Part shown: positions 59,137-64,000 of the stretch, piece after piece
Numbering within the stretch: position 1 is the stretch's first letter
How the letters are laid out: each line of letters starts with the position of its first letter
Source: Bacteroidia bacterium
GTDB lineage: Bacteria > Bacteroidota > Bacteroidia > NS11-12g > UBA955
Direction: 5' to 3'
DNA: 64,000 nucleotides
Assembly: GCA_965655465.1 (NCBI GenBank)
Contig: CBFHGY010000003.1
Span: 12,354 to 76,353, forward strand
Notes under the pieces: model-generated
What the model saw: only the letters and a program-made list of their open reading frames with translations
What the model was told of the DNA's origin: nothing
Databases searched by the model: none
Made by a program: the position numbers and the translations under genes

Positions 59137-62058
59137 ATGAACTTAAAAAATATTAAAATAACAACAACCTTAATGCTAATAGGGTTGTTTACTACCGTAA
59201 ACTCATTTGCCCAAACTTCCGCAGATACTTTAACAACTGTACTTCTAAGAGGGAGAATTATAGATAACAATCAGGCAAAACCTGTGTTTGGGGTAGATAT
59301 TGAAATCAATGGTCAAATTCAAAGTACGGATATCGATGGAAAATTTGAATTTTCACTCCGTTCAGGAACCTATACGTTAAATGCTGAAGCAGATGGATTT
59401 GCATCTTTGATCCTTGAAGATATTTTTGCTAATGAAGCAATAAACAACCTTGGAGACATCCGGATTAGTCCGAAAACAGAAACCATCGGGCAGGTGAACG
59501 TGAGTGTGAAACGCATGCAAAACACCGAAGAAGCCCTGTTAACGGCCAAACGTATTGCGCCGAATTTAATCGATGGTATTTCTTCTGCAAGCTTCAAAAG
59601 AATGGGCGATGGCGATGCCGCCAGCGCCATGAAACGCGTAACGGGTGTTTCAATTGAAGGAGGTAAATATGTGTATGTTCGAGGTTTGGGAGATCGCTAT
59701 ACCAAAACCACCCTAAATGGGATGGATATCCCCGGCTTAGATCCAGATAGAAACTCCATTCAGATGGATTTATTCCCGACCTCTGTAATAGATAATATCG
59801 TTGTAGCTAAAACGTTTACCGCTGATTTACCTGCAGATTTTACAGGTGGAATTATAGATATTGCGACAAAGGATTTCCCATCTAAGCGCAGCTTCAATGT
59901 TTCAGCAGGAATTGGCTACAATCCTTCAATGCACCTTCAAAATGATTTTTTGGGATATTCAGGTGGCAAAACAGATTTTCTTGGATTCGATGATGGAACT
60001 CGTAAAAACCCCACACAAGGGATGAATAGAATTCCAAGCACCGTAGATGTATTAAGAGGCGGAGCCAATGCACAGGAATATTATAATATTCTGAATGGTT
60101 TCGACCCTAATTTGGGAACTACCCAAAAAACAAGTCCTTTGAATTTTGATTTTAGCATTTCCTACGCCAATTCTCATAAAATCAACAAAAAATACACATT
60201 GGGATATCAGTCAGCCCTAACGTATAAAAACGAAACTGAATTTTACCGCAATGCTGAATTCAGCCTTTGGGCAAAACCCAATGAAACCAGTCAAAATGAA
60301 CTGATTCCTTTTGAGCGTCAAATAGGTAATTACGGCACCAATAATGTAATAGTGGCTTATTTGGGCAGCATTGCATTGAAATCTAAGAGCGATAAATTCA
60401 ACTTGAATCTCATGCATATCCAAAACGGAGAATCTCGTGCCGGTGATTTCTTCTTTCAGAACACGGTACAAGGGGCTAATTGGGATGCAAAACAATACAA
60501 TTTAGAATACAATCAACGAAGTTTAACCAATCTGTTTTTAACAGGTAAACATATCCGCGACCGCGGTAATTGGATTATCGAATGGAAAATTGCGCCAACT
60601 CGCTCTGCCCTTTCGGATCCCGACATCCGTGTTACCCGTATCCGCGTACCCGATTTAACCGTGAGTTCAGAAGCGGGTTTCCCTACACGTATTTGGCGCG
60701 AATTAGAAGAGTACAATCTCGCCAATCGCATTGATTTCACTCGAGTTACCCAAGTATTTGGCTTAAAAAGCAACCTGAAATTCGGAGGAGCCTACACCTT
60801 TAAATATCGCGATTTTTCGATTGAGTCGTTTCAAATACAAGGTGGAATTGATGGATTTGAAGATCCACAGGTTATCATGAAACCTGAAAATCTTTTCAGC
60901 AAAGAAAATCAAGGTGGTTTTTATTATGTGGCCGACTTCGTAGATGGAAATGGATACCGCAAAAACCCGAACTCATTTAACGGTCGAGTTAATTATGCCG
61001 CTGCTTACGTTTCTACCGAAACCGAAATCAACAACAAGTTAAAAATTGTTGCGGGATTGCGTACTGAAATGTATACTCAGAATTATTCTGGATTGAATCA
61101 ATCTGGACAAAATCTTAAGAATGAAAAAGTAATGGAAGATTTCGGGTTGTTTCCAACCCTAAACGGAGTATACCAATTGGGAAAAACAACCAATTTAAGA
61201 GCATCGTATGCCCGAACTACTGCCAGACCCTCTTTCAAAGAATTGTCTTTTGCGCAAATTTTAGATCCCATAACAGGTCGCAGTTTCCAAGGCGGATTAT
61301 TTGGCGAGCAAACTACTATTTTCGAAAATGGCAATCCCGTAAATTTACAGTTATGGGATGGAAAACTCCGATCAACCATCATCAACAATTTCGATATTAG
61401 ATGGGAAACTTTCCAAAAACAAGGCGATATGATTTCGGTAGGATTGTTCTATAAAGGAATGAAAGATCCTATTGAAATTGTACAATATGTAGCCGATGAC
61501 AATGCATACCAACCACGCAACGTGGGTAATGCCACTTTATATGGTGCCGAATTTGAAGTGCGTCAAAATTTGGAAATCATTGCCCCAGAATTCAAGCAAA
61601 TTCATTTCAACGCGAACATAACGTATACGTACTCCCAAATTTCTATTAATGAGGCTGAATTTTTATCTAAGACCTACGGCGCGCGTGAAGGGCAAACCAT
61701 TTCTCGCAAACGTGAAATGGCTGGACAAGCTCCATATATAATAAACGGTGGATTGTCTTGGCTAAGCAAAGCCAAACGTTTTGAGGCGGGAGCCTATTAT
61801 AACGTTCAAGGTGCCACTTTGCAATTCGTTGGATATGCAAACCGTGCAGACATCATTTCGGTGCCTTTCCACAGTTTGAATTTTAGTGCGAGCGGCAAAT
61901 TCGGCTATAAAAATCGCATGAACGTTGGCATACAAGTAAGCAATTTACTTAACGACAAACGGGAATCTATTTTCCGTTCTTACCAAGCACAACAACAGTA
62001 TTTCCAGCGATTAGCACCTGGAACCGCTGTTTCTGTGAAGTTCTCTTACAGCTTGTAA
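59137..62058 (+). CDS. TonB-dependent receptor with an N-terminal carboxypeptidase-regulatory-like domain
   Basis: Signal peptide. It has a CarbopepD_reg-like block (LRGRIIDNNQAKPVFGVDIEINGQ). It has a plug domain. The C-terminal beta-barrel ends VKFSYSL. 973 aa. Confidence 0.8.
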   Translation: MNLKNIKITTTLMLIGLFTTVNSFAQTSADTLTTVLLRGRIIDNNQAKPVFGVDIEINGQIQSTDIDGKFEFSLRSGTYTLNAEADGFASLILEDIFANEAINNLGDIRISPKTETIGQVNVSVKRMQNTEEALLTAKRIAPNLIDGISSASFKRMGDGDAASAMKRVTGVSIEGGKYVYVRGLGDRYTKTTLNGMDIPGLDPDRNSIQMDLFPTSVIDNIVVAKTFTADLPADFTGGIIDIATKDFPSKRSFNVSAGIGYNPSMHLQNDFLGYSGGKTDFLGFDDGTRKNPTQGMNRIPSTVDVLRGGANAQEYYNILNGFDPNLGTTQKTSPLNFDFSISYANSHKINKKYTLGYQSALTYKNETEFYRNAEFSLWAKPNETSQNELIPFERQIGNYGTNNVIVAYLGSIALKSKSDKFNLNLMHIQNGESRAGDFFFQNTVQGANWDAKQYNLEYNQRSLTNLFLTGKHIRDRGNWIIEWKIAPTRSALSDPDIRVTRIRVPDLTVSSEAGFPTRIWRELEEYNLANRIDFTRVTQVFGLKSNLKFGGAYTFKYRDFSIESFQIQGGIDGFEDPQVIMKPENLFSKENQGGFYYVADFVDGNGYRKNPNSFNGRVNYAAAYVSTETEINNKLKIVAGLRTEMYTQNYSGLNQSGQNLKNEKVMEDFGLFPTLNGVYQLGKTTNLRASYARTTARPSFKELSFAQILDPITGRSFQGGLFGEQTTIFENGNPVNLQLWDGKLRSTIINNFDIRWETFQKQGDMISVGLFYKGMKDPIEIVQYVADDNAYQPRNVGNATLYGAEFEVRQNLEIIAPEFKQIHFNANITYTYSQISINEAEFLSKTYGAREGQTISRKREMAGQAPYIINGGLSWLSKAKRFEAGAYYNVQGATLQFVGYANRADIISVPFHSLNFSASGKFGYKNRMNVGIQVSNLLNDKRESIFRSYQAQQQYFQRLAPGTAVSVKFSYSL

Positions 62059-62083
62059 GAGGATCGCAAAATAGGAGAAAGAG

Positions 62084-62107
62084 AAAGGCCGCAATTGCGG
62101 CCTTTTT
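62084..62107 (+). terminator. Rho-independent terminator after the TonB-dependent receptor
   Basis: AAAGGCCGC-AATT-GCGGCCTTT followed by TTTTT. Confidence 0.85.
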
Positions 62108-62159
62108 CAATGAAACTTAATATTGCCTTTAAACTTGCAGGCGTATTTTTGCAGCAAAT

Positions 62160-64000
62160 ATGCCGTTAAAACCCATCATTCGCGATATCAGTTGGCTTGC
62201 CTTTAACCAACGCGTGATGCAAGAAGCAAAAGATCCTAAAGTTCATTTATACGATCGACTTCGTTTCTTAGGGATATTCTCCAATAATTTAGATGAATTT
62301 TACAGGGTACGAGTTGGCACATTAAACAAGATGCTCGATATCGATAAAGGGAAAACCAAAATCCATTTGGAACAACATCCCGAAAAAATCCTTAAAGAAA
62401 TTCAAAGAACTACGGTAAAATTACAACGGTCATTCGACATTACGTTTGGGGAAATTATCCGTGATTTAGAGAAAGAACACCGCATTTTTTTCAAAAATGA
62501 ACGGCAACTTAACCCCGAACAAAAAAAATGGGTACGTACCTATTTTGAAGACAAAGTACGTACGCAAATTGTTCCTTTAATGATCGAAAGCATGCCCTTA
62601 GAACCCATGCTCAAAGATCGATCCATTTATTTAGCATGCCTTATGGGGAATTCCCAAAATCCCATGTTGCAACGCTATGCATTGATTCAAATTCCCGAAG
62701 AACAAACCCCAAGATTCGTAATACTGCCCGACTCAGGAAGTGAAACACACCTGATTATGCTGGAAGATATTATCCGATATAATCTCAAATATTTGTTTGC
62801 ACCGTTTGGTTTCGACCGCTTTAAATCGCATATAATAAAAGTTACCCGCGATGCAGAAATGGATATGGATAATGGGTTTCATTCCAATCTGATCCAGGAA
62901 CTTGAAAAAAGTTTACAACAACGTCGCAAGGGTGAAGCAACCCGTTTCGTATACGATAAACGGATCGACCCGCAACTCTTAGAATATTTAATAAACCGCC
63001 TCGATCTTACCGATAAAAGCAATTTAATACCCGGCGGACGTATACATAACTTTAAGGCCTTTATGAACTTTCCAAAGAATGTTTTTAAAGACTTAAAACC
63101 CCGCCCACGACCCTTTGTACACCCCTTATTAAAACAGCCCTGTCGCATCATGGACGTTATTGAAAAAAGAGACGTGATGCTGCATTTCCCATACCACTCC
63201 TTTGATTCCGTTATAGATCTGTTGCGAGAAGCGGCGATAGACCCCAGTGTTCAAAGTATCCGCCTAACGGTGTACCGACTTGCAAAAGAATCTAAAGTTA
63301 TCAATGCCTTATTAAATGCCGTTCGCAATGGCAAAAAAGTCAGTGTAATCATGGAACTTAAGGCCCGTTTCGATGAGGAGGCAAATTTATATTGGAAAAA
63401 AACACTCGAAGAAGAGGGCATTCACGTATATGTAGGGGTTCCCAAAATGAAGGTTCACGCAAAACTGTGCGTGATCAAAAAACGTGAATTCAACCGTACC
63501 ATACAATATGGGTTTATTTCAACAGGAAATTTCCATGAAGGCACAGCACAAGTGTATGGCGATCATTTACTCCTTACCACTAAATCCCAAATTATTGCCG
63601 ATATCAACACCATTTTTGATTGTTTGGAAAGTAAAAATCCGGATCTCGAGAAGATTAATAATTGCAAAGTCTTGATAACCTCTCCATTTAATATGAGAGA
63701 TCATTTCCTCAATCGCATCGAACAAGAAACAAATGCCTCTGGCAATCAACGTAGAATGATTGTTAAGTTGAATAGTTTAGTCGATCGCACCCTCATTAAT
63801 GCCTTGTACAAAGCTGCAGAAGCAGGAGTTAAAATCGATCTTATAATTCGAGGAATTTGCACTGCTAACACGCAACAAGAAACGTTCACCAAGAAGATGA
63901 ACGCTATCAGTATTGTAGATCAATATTTAGAACACGCACGTATTTTCATTTTCTCTCAAGGGGAAGAGCCTCGTATTTACATTTCTTCTGCCGATTGGAT
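62160..64000 (+). CDS. ppk1: Polyphosphate kinase 1, partial. It continues past the window end.
   Basis: My own translation from the ATG at 62160 gives MPLKPIIRDISWLAFNQRVMQEAKDPKVHLYDRLRFLGIFSNNLDEFYRVRV..., the conserved PPK N-terminal signature. No stop occurs before 64000. Confidence 0.85.
   Translation, partial: MPLKPIIRDISWLAFNQRVMQEAKDPKVHLYDRLRFLGIFSNNLDEFYRVRVGTLNKMLDIDKGKTKIHLEQHPEKILKEIQRTTVKLQRSFDITFGEIIRDLEKEHRIFFKNERQLNPEQKKWVRTYFEDKVRTQIVPLMIESMPLEPMLKDRSIYLACLMGNSQNPMLQRYALIQIPEEQTPRFVILPDSGSETHLIMLEDIIRYNLKYLFAPFGFDRFKSHIIKVTRDAEMDMDNGFHSNLIQELEKSLQQRRKGEATRFVYDKRIDPQLLEYLINRLDLTDKSNLIPGGRIHNFKAFMNFPKNVFKDLKPRPRPFVHPLLKQPCRIMDVIEKRDVMLHFPYHSFDSVIDLLREAAIDPSVQSIRLTVYRLAKESKVINALLNAVRNGKKVSVIMELKARFDEEANLYWKKTLEEEGIHVYVGVPKMKVHAKLCVIKKREFNRTIQYGFISTGNFHEGTAQVYGDHLLLTTKSQIIADINTIFDCLESKNPDLEKINNCKVLITSPFNMRDHFLNRIEQETNASGNQRRMIVKLNSLVDRTLINALYKAAEAGVKIDLIIRGICTANTQQETFTKKMNAISIVDQYLEHARIFIFSQGEEPRIYISSADW

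Overview
The window looks like a Bacteroidota chromosome segment, probably Flavobacteriia or Cytophagia. Evidence for this: several proteins end in Por/T9SS C-terminal sorting domains, an exosortase XrtF pair is present, a GH92 mannosidase and TonB-dependent receptors occur, and no Shine-Dalgarno signals are evident. Gene density is high on both strands. The recognisable core genes are mnmA, adk, a YjjG-like HAD nucleotidase, enoyl-CoA hydratase, a PAP2 phosphatase, menB, dnaJ, grpE, riboflavin synthase, the sdhCAB operon, a MATE efflux pump, an RluA-family pseudouridine synthase, a TlpA-like thiol-disulfide oxidoreductase, a meta-cleavage lower-pathway gene set (two MhpD/4-OD-family paralogs, an acetylating acetaldehyde dehydrogenase and a 4-hydroxy-2-oxovalerate aldolase), a TonB-dependent receptor and partial ppk1. 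One tRNA-Phe(GAA) lies on the minus strand at 42544..42619. The most unusual region is an AT-rich accessory segment of about 5 kb directly downstream of the tRNA-Phe 3' end (about 37.7-42.5 kb). It encodes a 367-aa protein with a C-terminal HNH nuclease motif, a convergent PAPS-reductase-family PP-loop ATP pyrophosphatase with two C-terminal CxxC motifs, a divergent HIT-family hydrolase and two small unknown ORFs. I regard this as a candidate undescribed nucleic-acid modification/restriction module. Other things worth a second look: an operon of three tandem paralogous secreted proteins with a phage-tail-fibre-like N-terminal motif; an XrtF/partner pair plus a distant 59-aa mini-protein with a PEP-CTERM-like tripartite C-terminus; two tandem paralogous T9SS cargo proteins of more than 900 aa each next to the tRNA; an alkyltransferase-like protein with PAHRV in place of PCHRV; and a TAGAG-type 7-mer repeat followed by a 12-bp hairpin. 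No CRISPR array, integrase, transposase or rRNA was seen. All calls rest on reading the supplied translations and nucleotide sequence, and no database searches were run.
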